Shown: positions 1 to 13,328, counted from the first letter of the stretch. The stretch is DNA of 64,000 nt from Eledone cirrhosa (GCA_964016885.1 OZ024745.1:46252001-46316000); one strand, 5' to 3'. Made by a program: numbers and translations. Notes: generated by a model from the letters alone, not told the origin.

Positions 1-761
<761 letters not shown>

Positions 762-775
762 ATATATATATGGAC

Positions 776-1122
776 GGAGGCACATGGCTTAGTGGTTAGA
801 TCATTGGCCTTGCAATCGAAAGGTTGTGAGTTCCATTCTCAGACCGGGTGATGTGTTGTTTCCTTGAGCAAGACACTTTATTTCACATTGCTCCAGTTTA
901 CTCAGCTGTAGAAATGAGATGATAGGGAATGGGGTCCCTATCATTCCACTGTAAAGTGGTTGTGGAGTTGCCACGGCAAAAAAGCACCCAGCACTCACTG
1001 TAAATGAGGTTGGTGTTAGGAAGGGTATCCAGCTGTAGAAATCAAGCCAAAATCAGTTCCCGTCCCACCCTTGCAAGCAAGGAAAAAGCGGACGTAAAAT
1101 GAAATGATGATGAAATGATGAT
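776..1122 (+). mobile_element. SINE family 1, full length
   Basis: tRNA-like head, central domain, one 48-bp unit, tail CCCACCCTTGCAAGC...GCGGACGTAAAATG(ATG)n. Confidence 0.92.
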
Positions 1123-1349
1123 GTACCTCCCCGGCGGGGAATATATATTACTAAAAATATATACTATATATAAGCTAAAAATGTGTAAATTTAAATACGC
1201 ATTTACACAATCTTGGCTACATCTATTCTGTATATATTGAGATAACTTTATCATGAATATATGTGTGTGTAACGGTAATGATGATGATGATGATATATAT
1301 ATATATATGTATTTATATATATGCATATGTATATGTGTGTGTGTGTGTG

Positions 1350-1406
<57 letters not shown>

Positions 1407-1845
1407 GTATATATATGCATATGTATATGTGTGTGTGTGTAATCACCATCAGCCTCTTTTAACATCCATTTTTGCATGCTGGCACATATGTCTATGTATA
1501 CATTTATCTATATAAAGATGTAGATGTAGATAGACATATTCAGGTCTACACATGACTATTCTTTACCTACAAGTTTCTCATGAATACTCAATGTGAACGC
1601 CACAGATGACAACTAAGCCCCTCACTAGTTAAGACCATCACTGTTTCAATTCCATGCTGAAGTCATTCTGCTTCACACAAGCCATATCAATCACTACTTC
1701 GTCAATCAGAGGCCTTGTGCCAGCATATGGGTGTGGTTTCAAGTCTGATCATGTTCATATTTATATATTTATACTTCTTGATGTTATCTATATTTTATAA
1801 AATAAAACACACACACACACACACACACACATGATATATCATCAC

Positions 1846-2030
1846 GGTGAATTGGCAGTATCGGTAGAGGGTTAGACGCCATGCTTTCTAGCATAGTTAC
1901 GTCCCTTTACAGTCTGAGTTCAAATCCCGCTGAGGTTAACTTTGCCTTTCATCCTTACGGGGTCGATAAAATAAAGTACCCGTAATGTACTGGGTAATTG
2001 CTGGCCTTGTGCCTAAAGTAGAAACAATCA
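1846..2030 (+). mobile_element. SINE family 2 (tRNA-like head, Nin/Deu-like core)
   Basis: TGGCAGTATCGGTAGAG ... GAGTTCAAATCC ... TTTGCCTTTCATCCTTACGGGGTCGATAAAATAAAGTACC; more than 12 copies in the window. Confidence 0.88.
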
Positions 2031-2032
2031 TT

Positions 2033-2402
2033 TTCATCATTTTACGTCCGCTTTTCCCTGCTTGCAAGGGAACTGATTCTGGCTTGATTTCTACAGCTGG
2101 ATGCCCTTCCTAACACCAACCTCATTTACAGTGAGTGCTGGGTGCTTTTTTGCCGTGGCGCCTACACGTCCACTTTACAGTGTGGGCTGGGGGCTTTTTT
2201 GCCGTGGCACCTCCACGACCACTTTGCAGTGGAATGATAGGGACCCCATTCCCTATCATCTCATTTCTACAGCTGAGTAAACTGGAGCAATGTGAAATAA
2301 AGTGTCTTGCTCAAGGAAACAACACATCACCCGGTCTGAGAATTGAACTCACAACCTTTCGATTGCAAGGCCAATGCTCTAACCACTAAGCCATGTGCCT
2401 CC
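2033..2402 (-). mobile_element. SINE family 1 with two 48-bp units
   Basis: Reverse complement of the 776-1122 consensus, with the subterminal unit duplicated. Confidence 0.9.
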
Positions 2403-2440
2403 ATATATATATATATATGTGTGTATGTATATATATATAT

Positions 2441-2752
2441 ATATAAAGAATAAGAAACACTAAAGAGTCACTATGCTATCAATCTAATACATGCTTCAAC
2501 CGATAGAGATTCATCCCGAGGATGTGAGGTTATAAAATCAGAAATTTTAGAATTTTCTTAAAAATAAAAAATAAATTTTTTCTAAAGAAAATTCTAAAAT
2601 TTTTATCAGTTGAAACATGTGTTAGTTTGGTAACATATTGACTCTTTGGTGCCTTTTATTCTTTATATATCAGCTCTGTGTGAACCCTACTGCATCAAGC
2701 TTTAAACCATCTGGTAGAGTTTATACCCAATAATAGCAACACTGTTATTATT
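2441..2752. mobile_element. Diverged fold-back insert with one-sided tail
   Basis: 2441-2502 is an imperfect reverse complement of 2605-2670; TTGAAACATGT motif; (TA)n on both sides. Confidence 0.6.
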
Positions 2753-2771
2753 ATATATATATATATATATA

Positions 2772-3250
2772 TCATCATCATCATTATCATCATCATCATT
2801 TTACGTCCGCTTTTCCCTGCTTGCAAGGGTGGGACGGGTCTTATTCAGCACAGCATCTCTCCACTCGTCACGGTCCTTCGTCATCTCCACCGTGAGCTTC
2901 AATGATCTGAAGTCTGTTCTCACCATCTCCGCCCATATTTTTCGTGGTCTACCTCTACCACGTCTTCCTTCAACTGGCATTTCCTGGCACTTCTTCACCC
3001 ATCGGTCATCCTCCATGCGCATCACATGTCCATACCACCTCAGTCTCCTCTTCCGTACACTACATTCTATCCCTCTCAGACACAGTTTCTCTCTCAACAC
3101 ATTTATGCTGGGTCGTTCATGCACATTTACACTGCACATCCAACGGAGCATGCTTGCCTCATTTCTCTCCAGCCGTCGCATATCCTCTGCAGTTGCTGCC
3201 CATGTCTCACTACCATGCAGCATCGCGCTCCTCACACAGGCATCATACAA
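2772..3250 (-). mobile_element. RTE-clade LINE 3' fragment
   Basis: YDACVRSAMLHGSETW...RRLRWYGHVMRM...RGRPRK..W; ends in an (ATG)n tail. Confidence 0.93.
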
Positions 3251-3536
3251 CCAATGCCCATGCTGTAAAATGGAGGGGTAGAGAGGGCCCTTGAGTCTAG
3301 TAAGACATCCTCTCTAGTGCTGGTGGCACAAATAAAAGCACCCAGTCCATGCTGTAAAGTGGCGCTGGTGTTAGGAAGGGCATCCAACCAGTGTATCAAT
3401 GCCAAAACACTTATCAGCACAGCAACAAATAGGAACAACAACAAAAATATATATATATATATATAATCAGTTCCCGTCCCACCCTTGCAAGCAGGGAAAA
3501 GCGGACATAAAATGAAATGAAATGAAATGAAAAAAA

Positions 3537-3540
<4 letters not shown>

Positions 3541-3591
<51 letters not shown>
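3541..3591. repeat. (GA)n microsatellite
   Basis: Pure GA run. Confidence 0.97.
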
Positions 3592-3594
<3 letters not shown>

Positions 3595-4170
3595 AAATGA
3601 CAGGAGGCTGGGTTGGTGAAATTCCTTAAAGATTTATTATAAACACTATTCACATTTCAATGAGTTCTGCAGGAACCCGGTGACATCATCAGGTGTTACG
3701 AAAATTATCTAATAAAGGAATATAATAATGGTAGACACAATCCAAGGGGCTGAAAAGTAGAGAGAAATGTTTAAAACCTGAAGGCGGCCAGAGTCAGTAG
3801 TTGCCAGCCTTGGTGACCACCTTCAGGTCTTAAACATTTCTCTCTACTTTTCAGCCCCTTGGATTGTGTCTACCATTATTATATTCCTTTATTAGATAAT
3901 TTTCGTAACACCTGATGTCACCGGGTTCATGCAGAACCCGGTCATTGAAATGTGCATAGCATTTATAATAAAACTTTAAGGAATTTCACCAATCCAGCCT
4001 CCTGTCATTTTACTCAATAACAATTAACTCCGTTCTCACACCTCCGACAAGATTCAACATAAACAAAGATAGGTGAGTTGCATTACGTTGAGTGCTTTTC
4101 CTAATATTACATCACGGTTGAGTATGCGGAATGACAAGTTCTATCCAGTGGTGAACCAACAAACCTAAAT
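3590..4170. mobile_element. Fold-back insert with ~200-bp arms and one-sided tail
   Basis: 3590-3788 is the reverse complement of 3815-4015; unique tail to ~4170 ends in TA repeats. Confidence 0.8.
3642..3697 (-). ncRNA. Type I hammerhead ribozyme motif
   Basis: aacac-CTGATGA-(stem II)-GAAA-tgtga-ATA-gtgtt; stem I aacac/gtgtt pairs; mirror copy near 3907-3962 has a core deletion. Confidence 0.7.
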
Positions 4171-4181
4171 GTATATATATA

Positions 4182-4460
4182 ATAATAATACAAGGACATT
4201 TTGTAAAGCCTTCATTACGTTTATTGATTGGTGACATGTATTTCGCTATTGATCAGATCTTCAAGGTTCGATCTGTATCGTTCTGGCCCGACTCTGGAAT
4301 CAAAAGTTCATCGTACCTCTGTTGTAGTAATGACCTCTGTCATTACTACAACAGAGGACCAGATCGATACAGATCAAACCTTGAGCTGATCAATAGCGAA
4401 ACGCGCGTCATCAATCAATAAACGTAATGAAGGCTTAACAAATCGTCCTTGTATTATTAT
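4182..4460. mobile_element. Fold-back insert with hammerhead-like GAAACGCGCGTC
   Basis: 4182-4290 is the reverse complement of 4357-4460; inner perfect 19-bp hairpin at 4316-4357; GAAA-CGCGCG-TC at 4398-4409; stem I does not pair. Confidence 0.7.
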
Positions 4461-4461
4461 A

Positions 4462-4786
4462 TGAGTTCAAATCCTGCCGAGGTTAACTTTGCCTTTCATC
4501 CTTATGGGGTCGATAAAATAAAGTACCAGTAATACACTGGGTAATTGCTGGCCTTGTGCCAAAAGTAGAAACAATTATTATATTAGCTCTAGGTGGTGAA
4601 TTGGCAGTATCGGTAGAGGGTCGGACGCCATGCTTTTCAGCACAGTTACGTCCCTTTACGGACTGAGTTCAAATCCCACCGAGGTTAACTTTGCCTTTCA
4701 TCCTTATGGGGTCGATAAAATAAAGTGCCAGTAATGCACTGGGTAATTGCTGGCCTTGTGCCAAAAGTAGAAACAATTATTATATT
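4462..4786 (+). mobile_element. Two tandem SINE family 2 copies
   Basis: 5'-truncated copy 4462-4580 and full copy 4592-4780; TATTAGCTCTA duplicated on both sides of the second. Confidence 0.88.
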
Positions 4787-5060
4787 AGCTCTACACCTTG
4801 CTACTGACGTGAACCTAAACATAGAGTGCTCACCTGGGTGAACCTACACAGTAACTTCCTCACACACTAACACCTCACACTGACACCACCATTGTAAATA
4901 TTACTACATTTGCCAACACTAAAAATATAAGCAGTAGCAATATTTTAAATTTGTCTCAGCCAGACATTCATTTCCCGCCATTACCAATGACTGCAGGTGT
5001 TAAAGCCGCCACCCCCACCATCACCACCACAGCGACAACCCCACCTCCACCACCACCACA

Positions 5061-6807
5061 GTGACAACAGAAACAAAAGAAAAAAATAAATTAACTCGTG
5101 ATATCGAAATGAATTCAACCAAAATGAACTCTTCCACACCGAACACCACTGACGCCACCACAAATGAAACTAAAATTAACAATAACAAAAATAACGATAA
5201 CAACAACAGCAACAATGAAATTAAGAAAACTACCCTGAGTTTTGCCAGAGTAGCAAAACAGTGCGAAGCGATCCAGGTAACTCAGGAGGAATTAGAAGAA
5301 GCCAAAAGAATGGTAAAGAAAGATGGGTACAGGGTCAGCCTCACCCCCACCCACCCCCACCCCCACCCACACCTAATAAAATGGAGCATCGTCGCCTATG
5401 CACCGTGTCTTATCGGACAATTAACATAAAATCGCGCCGAGTGGAACGGGCATCCGAGTCCCAAATCCAAAAAAGCTTTGGGACATGTGTGGGCAAAAAA
5501 AACACACATCAGACGTGGGCAGAAATATGGAACCGTGAACGTGTTCTTTGAAACACCACAGGAGGCCAGAGAACACTCCATGGCCCCATTAAGAAGTGAC
5601 GACTTCACACTCGTCCCAAGCTATTGTGGCCAGAGACTTGTGAAGATCAGGGTGACCAACGTTCCACCGGCCATCGAAATTCCCTGGCTAATGGCGGCCG
5701 TCCTCGCCGGCATCGAGGCCAACACCAAGATAATCGAAATAGCGAAAGAAAAGCAGGAGAACTGGTCCGGATCTGGGATGGAGCTCCTGATCCAAGCGGA
5801 CCATAAAAGCATTGAGGAGATCCCAGAGGTAATAGACCTCACTGACGGCAGCCACTTCACGGTAATCGTCGAGGGCAGAAGGCCTAGGTGTGTCGTTTGT
5901 GGTGAAAGAACCCACCTAAGGGCTTTCTGCCCTCAGGCTAAATGGTTGAGGCCACCTCTCTTACCCACCCCAGTGACTCAACCATCAACACCACCAGCAG
6001 CAGAAATGGCAGCAACAACTGTAGCAGCAACAACAGAAGCAACTGTAACAGCAACAACCCCAGCAACAGTAGCAAAACCAACACCACCACCACCCAACGC
6101 GCCAGAACTGGCACCAGCGCCTACACCATCCACCACGCCACAACCAAAACCAACGCCTGTGTAGGATTTTCCACTCCCCGGCTTATCGCAACTGGAGACA
6201 GATTGTGACGACGAGGAGTGGGAAACAGTATCAGGAAAAAAGAAAAAAAGAAACCAAAAAAGAAAAAATTCTCTTCCTTTCCCCCTCCAAAAACAAAATA
6301 CAGAGGGAAACAAATAAATTATCAAACAAAAAAGTTAGGACAGATATGCCACCATCCACACCAGCATCACCAACCCCATCACCACAAACACCAACACCAT
6401 CACCATCATTAACCCCAACACCACCATCACCAACACCACAAAAGTCACCAAAAATCGTAACAGAAACAAACCCACAACAAACGCAAACAAAACAAAACAA
6501 CCAAAACGATACACACTACACAGCATTAAATTTGAACAACAACCAATTACTACACTACATGCAACACAACACCAGCATCACAGAAAAAGACTACACAACA
6601 ACCCAAAAGTTCACACCACCTCCACACATACAAATCACTCGCATCACACAGAAAACGTACACGACACTAAAACAAAAATTCCCCAAAGACATCGGAGACT
6701 TCCGACAAACACTCTCCAGGAGGATTTATAAGGACATCCTTCCTGAGGAGGCCACAAGCAGTGAAAAGGATGGACAAACCATCCTTCCTCTACGAGAAGT
6801 AAGGTAA
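5061..6807 (+). pseudogene. Tx1-type ORF1 (RRM-like region, CX2CX4HX4C knuckle, Pro/Thr-rich tail), frameshifted
   Basis: ORF pieces 5061, 5261, 5478 and 6205; SFARVAK, VKIRVTNVPP, CVVCGERTHLRAFC. Confidence 0.8.
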
Positions 6808-6841
6808 GTGGTCTTTCCCATCTTTTCCACTCCATTTCAAC

Positions 6842-9444
6842 ATGACCAGACTCAGAATAGGCAGCATAAATGCGCGTGGCTTGGGGTCGTCATGGAAGCA
6901 GGGCCACCTGCTCAACGACCTCAGGTCACTAAACATAGATGTAGTGGCCATCAGCGAGACCAGAATCTCCGAAGCACATGCCTTCGCACCGGTCTTCGGC
7001 GGCTACGATGTGTACGCATCTCCCAGCCGACCTGTATCGGGGGGAGGAGTTGCTCTGCTTTTTCGGAGAGGCTGCGTTGTCAGAGCTAGGGTGCGTGCTC
7101 TCAGACACGAGGGGACGAAAGCCGTTCAATGGGCCCGAGTGGCGGAGGCGCGTCGTGGCAACAAAGCCACGATCCAGTCTTTGGTGGACCACGACGGGCG
7201 CATGCTACTCGATCCCGGGCAAATGTGTGAAGCTTTTCAGCGACACTTCGCTCAACTGTTCGGGGGCAGTGGCGGGCCGGATCGAGGGATGGACTTTAGT
7301 GTCTACCTCGACGGACTGCCGCGGCTCTCGGCCACTGAGGCGGAGTGTTGCGAAAAGCCGATAACAGCCGCTGAAGTACGGGAGGCAATGACTGGCTGCA
7401 CAAGGGGTAAATCGCCTGGTTTGGATGGTCTGCCCTATGAACTTTACGTACAAATGCCAGACTTGTTCGGAGGCCTCTTGGCGGACGTCTACTGCAACTG
7501 GCAACAGAACGGGAGAATTCCCAGCTCTGTGAGCCGAGGAGCGGTGGCGCTGCTGAGAAAGGATCCGAACAAGGAGGACAACATAGATAATTTTAGGCCC
7601 ATAACTCTGCTAAACACAGAGTTCAAGATTTTGGCCAAGGTGCTAGCAAAGAGGTTGGCGCTTGTCGTTGGTGGTCTGGTGGGAGAGGCGCAGACATGCG
7701 CCATTCCCGACAGATCCATCCACGACAACCTCCACCTCATGCGATACATCGTAGAGAGGGTATCTAGGGAACCTGGCACGGGTGGGTCTTTGATCAATTT
7801 AGATCAGTCGAAAGCCTTCGATACGGTCGACCATCGTTACCTAGCGGCAGTCCTGAGGGCGGCTGGCTTTGGGCCCGTCTTCAGAGGCTGGATCGCTGCC
7901 ATGCACAGCGACATCTGCTCTGTAGTGAGAGTGAACGGTCACCTTTCGGAACCGTTCAACATCATGCGCTCGGTCCGCAAGGATGTCCCCTCTCGTCCCT
8001 ATTGTATGTATTGACTCTCGAGCCGTTACTGCACAAACGACGTTGAAGGAGGTCCCGCGCGAACTAGGATGCGGAAGATCCGTGTCAGCATATGCTGACG
8101 ATGTCACCGTAGTGGTGTCGAACGCCAAACACATCGAGGCGATCGGCATTACACTAAGAGAATACGAAGCGGTGACAGGAGCAATGATCAACCAGGAAAA
8201 GTCAGTGGGCCTGCAGCTCGGCACCTGGAGAGGCAGGTCCATGCCGTCCAACAGCGTCGTCGGGCGCTGGACGGACGGACCGGTTAAATTGCTAGGGTTC
8301 TGGTTCGGTCCAGACCTCCAGACGGACAAAAACTGGGACGAGGTGACGAGCAGGGTGGCTTCTCTCACCCAGAAATGGGCCGAGAGGAAGCTATCCCTGA
8401 AAGGTCGAGCGGAGGTGGCTAACGCGTACATCGCGTCCGTCATCTACTACCGCCTGACCGTCGTACCTTGTCCTAAGCCCCGCCTGACTGCGCTGGAGCG
8501 TTTGCTCTTTCGCTTCTTGTGGAAGGGACGCACTCCGATGGTCAGGCGGTCCATCTGCTGTCAACACCCGCTACGTGGAGGGCTGGGCATGCCGTGGCTG
8601 ATGATGCGCAGGCACGCGCTCAGGCTACGACATCTCCACCTCTTCCTCGACGGTGATCAGGTGTGGTCGCCGTTTGCTAGACACGTTTTTCCCCAGCTCG
8701 TCTCCTTGACGGAGCTGCAGTCCTGAGTCAAGCGAAGACCGAGAGGGAGCGCTTGGAGACTGGAATGTCTTCAGGCGCTCACAGCCCTCGACCAATCGGG
8801 CAATGTGATTGGTGGAAACTCCACCTTGGCGTTCTATAGGTAAGAGCGACGACGTACTTGGAGAAACTCTAGGCATCGACGAAAATCAACTAGCCAATCT
8901 CTTCGGAAGGACTTTCGGGCCGGGGCCTATGGACAACTTCCAGAAATCCCTGGCCTGGCAGTGCTACCGGGGTGCTTTGCCAGTTCGGGATAAACTCTAC
9001 AGGCATGGAGGTGCCGTCAGCCGGGCATGTCCGAGATGCGCGCAGGGCGACGAAACCGTCCTGCACCTACTCATCCAGTGTCCGAGCATTGCTGACTTGT
9101 GGGTTTATGTCGAACACCTGCTGTCACGTGTAGGACGGATCCAGCTATCAGCTGAGTCCATCGTGAGGATTACCCCGCCCTCTTCCTTTAGCCGGGAAGG
9201 GCAGGCAGTTTTTATCTGTCTGGTGGCCATGGCGAAAGAGATAGTATGGTGGACACGTTTGAAAGGGCTGAAGACGAGCACTTACCTCTTCGGTGATGCC
9301 CTGATTAACTTTTTCAAATTTCATTTGAAAAGGAAAATCAGGGTAGAGAGGGAAGTGCTCTTTTCCCAGCATTTTGTTGAAAGATGGGTGAGAGAAGCAA
9401 GTATGGCCCGAATGAATGGGCCTTCTCTGAGTATGTGTCTGTAA
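6842..9444 (+). pseudogene. Tx1-type ORF2 (truncated APE endonuclease, reverse transcriptase, C-terminal zinc finger)
   Basis: SINARGL..SETR; KSPGLDGLP, FRPITLLNTEFKILAK, LDQSKAFD, AYADD; CPRC..ETVLHLLIQC; frameshift near 7980 and stop at 8724. Confidence 0.95.
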
Positions 9445-9684
9445 ATTAAAGGTGGAAAACTGGGAGAGGGCACTTGCCCTGGTGGTCAGGGTCACTGTGG
9501 TCTTTTAATGGGCTTTCTCCACAAATGTCCCTCGGAAGTCTCCCCTCTATTGGGGAATTTTTCTTTGTTATTTTATTACATCCTCTGTTTTTTACACGCA
9601 GAAATGCCCATTTGTATCGTCCTGTATTGTCCTGTACTGTCCTTAATGTCTACTTTATGTAAACCCTTGTGGTTAATAAAGAAA

Positions 9685-9742
<58 letters not shown>

Positions 9743-9744
9743 CA

Positions 9745-10085
9745 CACATGGCTTAGTGGTTAGAACATTGGCCTTGCAATCGAAAGGTTGTGAGTTCAAT
9801 TCTCAGACCGGGTGATGTGTTGTTTCCTTGAGCAAGACACATTATTTCACATTGCTCCAGTTTACTCAGCTGTAGAAATGAGATTATAGGGCCTGGGGTC
9901 CCTATCATTCCACTGCAAAGTGGTCGTGGAGGTGCCACGGCAAAAAAGCACCCAGCACTCACTGTAAATGAGGTTGGCGTTAGGAAGGGCATCCAGCTGT
10001 AGAAATCAAGCCAGAATCAATTCCCGTCCCACCCTTGCAAGCAGGGAAAAGCGGACATAAAATGAAATGATGATGATGATGATGA
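9745..10085 (+). mobile_element. SINE family 1
   Basis: Matches 776-1122. Confidence 0.92.
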
Positions 10086-10445
10086 CACACACACACATAT
10101 ATGAAAAGAATTTCACAAAGAAAAAGAAGCATCGGGAATAATGAAGCAAAGCAAAATAGCATGAAACACATCAAACACAGCATCCAGCTGCCACTAGATG
10201 AGTGATTGAGATTTTGACACAGACAAGATCACTATCATATTCCAGTGTTGTAGTAGGTGTGATTACAAGGCAGCTCGGGAACAATGTAAAGAAGACATGA
10301 CAACAACAGAATATACATAAATACAGATAGAAAAGCTATATGACTTGGGTAATCAACAAGATAACTGTCTTTATACAGGTCACAAGGGCAGCTGTTCAGG
10401 AATGTAATACTTGAAAACTCAAGAAGTAGTAGTATTTTTTTCTAC

Positions 10446-10680
10446 ATAATGATAAATATCTTTAATTAATTTTCAGATCTTATTCGTCCCTCGTCAGAAG
10501 ACCTGTATAGCATTTAATCAAGGAAACATGGATTTGATGTCCATTTTAAAATGATACTAGGAGTGAATGAGTAGATATACTCATCAAATACATGTTTCCT
10601 TGTGGTTGATTGGATGATATACACATCTACTGGTGAGGGTCAAATAAGATCAGGAAATCGATTAAAGATGTTTATCATTT
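10446..10680. mobile_element. Diverged fold-back insert
   Basis: 10446-10535 is an imperfect reverse complement of 10582-10680. Confidence 0.7.
10459..10501 (-). ncRNA. Type I hammerhead ribozyme motif
   Basis: tctt-CTGACGA-gggacgaataagatct-GAAA-attaat-TA-aaga; stem I tctt/aaga; palindromic AATTAATT. Confidence 0.65.
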
Positions 10681-10959
10681 TTTTCAATTTACAAGGAAAT
10701 TCATATTTTCTGGCATGATTACATTCCTACATATTATATATGTGTATATCTAATATATGTATATATTTATAGACATTGGTGCAGTCTTGGTTACACCCTC
10801 TGTACTTATACAGTTATAACTTTATCATACACTGCTAGTGTACTTCTTACTATATACATATAACAGTCAATCGATTTTCGTCAAATCGGACCGAGGAAAC
10901 AATACTTCCATTGGTCTTTCCAATTGCTAATACTATCTATCGGTTGCAACTCCAGGTAG

Positions 10960-11082
10960 AAGGAGCAACGTGAAATAAAGTGTTTTGCTCAAAGACATAA
11001 CGCATCAACCGGTCCGGAAATTGAACTCACAACCTCACGATTGCGAATCCAATTCTCTAAACTCTCAGCCACGTGCCTTCAC
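10960..11082 (-). mobile_element. Older SINE family 1-related head
   Basis: Diverged A/B boxes and TTGAGCAAAACACTTTATTTCAC on the minus strand. Confidence 0.75.
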
Positions 11083-11888
11083 ATATATATATGTGTGTAT
11101 ATATATATGTGTATATATATGTGTGTGTGTGTGTGTGAATGTATGTATATATAAATAACAAAGGTGCACATGAAAAAGTTAAAATGCCTGGGATGAATTA
11201 ACAAAGGCATCTATATCTCGCATCTGACATCCCCTGGGCAAAGCAATTTTGTACATAAGGTTGGTATTGATTAATCTTGAGCCCAGAACAAGCCACCAGA
11301 AAGATGTATATGAGAGATCACAACAATATAGTGTCAGGGGACAACAAGAGAGTGTCTTTTGACTAGCACAGCAAAGTGTGTACAGAAACGAATAACAATA
11401 AAAAGTCTTACAAGTAGAAACAGGACAGGATGTATGTATGTGTGTGTGTATGTATGTATGTATTTATATATATATATCATCATCATTATCATCGTTTTAT
11501 GTCCATTCTTCCACGCTAGCATAGGTTAGACGGTAAGATTGAAACCCTGACCAGGATCACCACCGTCTCTAACACCTACCACTAGGCCAACGAGACAACT
11601 ATATATATATATATATTCTCCTCATGATCATCATTATCATTCAATGTCAGTTCTCCCATCTAGCAAGGGCTGAATGGGTTGTAACAGACCAAGTCAGTAC
11701 TTAAACAAAGCTACTCTCATATCAAATGGTCTGAGGGGCTGCATCTCACTTACATATGTTTTCACACTCTATCTCTCCCAACAGTCTGGCCCAAGTGCAT
11801 TAGAAATATATTATGTGACAAATGTATTACCTCAGGTACTGTATGAAGTTGTGTTAGTGATTGCATGATGGCAACATTACATAATAAT

Positions 11889-12082
11889 TGTTTCTATCTT
11901 AGGCACAAGGCCAGCAATTACTCAGTACATTACTGGTACTTTATTTTATCGACCCCGTAAGGATGAAAGGTAAAGTTAACCTCGGCGGGATTTGAACTCA
12001 GATCATAAAGGGACGTAACTCTATGCTTCAAAACATGGTGTCCGACTCTCTACTGATACTGCCAATCCACCAACCCTTGGTG
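11889..12082 (-). mobile_element. SINE family 2 with TSD
   Basis: Family 2 consensus; ACATTACATAATAAT repeated at ~11874 and ~12083. Confidence 0.88.
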
Positions 12083-12221
12083 ACATTACATAATAATGTC
12101 ACAGAAATATGTATTACTGTGAATTGCGTAATAAAATGAATTATGGATGCCTAGCCTTTGCATTTTTATCATTGTATTGTATATATATATATATATATAT
12201 CATCATCATCATCATCATCAT

Positions 12222-12268
<47 letters not shown>

Positions 12269-12281
12269 TATATATATATAT

Positions 12282-12473
12282 CAGAATGGATGCAGTAAAA
12301 GCCAGTTAGACCATTACTCACCAGAGTACTTGATACTTGGGGTAGTAGAGTAGGGAACATGAAGGATCCAGGACCCCTGCTGCTGAGCTCCTGCCATTTC
12401 AACAGCTAAAGCTGAACTGTTCGGATCTAGCTGTTGAAACGGCAGGAGCTCAGCTGTAGGTCCCAAATCTTTC
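12282..12473. mobile_element. Fold-back insert family A
   Basis: Homologous to 567-761; IR 12361-12473 with GAAACGGC..GAGCTC.GCTGTA; flanked by (TA)n. Confidence 0.72.
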
Positions 12474-12725
12474 ATATATATATATACATATATATATATA
12501 TACATATACATATATGTCATACATTTTATTATTTATGCTGTTGACAATACCTATTACTCTAAGTAAAAACAAAGATGAATTTGATGTTTTTTTCTTTTCT
12601 AGGGAAATTTACCACATGTCCAGGAAACTTCAGTGTAATTGACTAAAATATTAAAGCTGACTGCTTTGACTCACACCCACTAGAACCAATAGCTATGTAT
12701 TACACACAGACATACACATACATGT

Positions 12726-12803
<78 letters not shown>

Positions 12804-12909
12804 CATTACAGATACAGTAACGAAAGGGCTAAAATGAGCATTATATGACTCAAGTGACAAACAGTGTCTTATTGATGATGATGGTTCTCTCCCTATCCAA
12901 ACTCCTCCT

Positions 12910-13250
12910 GGAGGCACATGGCTTAGTGGTTAAAGCATTGACCTTGCAATCGAAAGGTTTTGAGTTCAATTCTCAGACCGGGTGATGTGTTGTTTCCTTG
13001 AGCAAGATACTTTATTTCACATTGCTCCAGTTTATTCAGCTGTAGAAATGAGATGATAGGGACTGGGGTCCATATCATTCCACTGCAAAGTGGTCGTGGA
13101 GGAGCCAAGGCAAAAAAGCACCCAGCACTCACTGTAAATGAGGTTGGTGTTAGGAAGGGCATCCAGCTGTAGAAATCAAGCCAGAATCAGTTACCGTCCC
13201 ACCCTTGCAAGCAGGGAAAAGCGGATGTAAAATGAAATGAAATGAAATGA
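12910..13250 (+). mobile_element. SINE family 1
   Basis: Matches consensus. Confidence 0.92.
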
Positions 13251-13257
13251 AAAGGAA

Positions 13258-13328
<71 letters not shown>

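Larger units (their letters stand above)
4787..9740 (+). mobile_element. L1/Tx1-clade non-LTR retrotransposon, near full length, defective
   Basis: 5' UTR, ORF1 with CCHC knuckle, ORF2 with EN-RT-ZnF, AATAAA near 9675 and a (TTA)n tail at 9687-9740. Confidence 0.9.

Noticed and set aside
776-850. tRNA gene-like sequence
   Set aside because: A/B boxes present but no proper acceptor stem; it continues into a multi-copy body, so it is a SINE head
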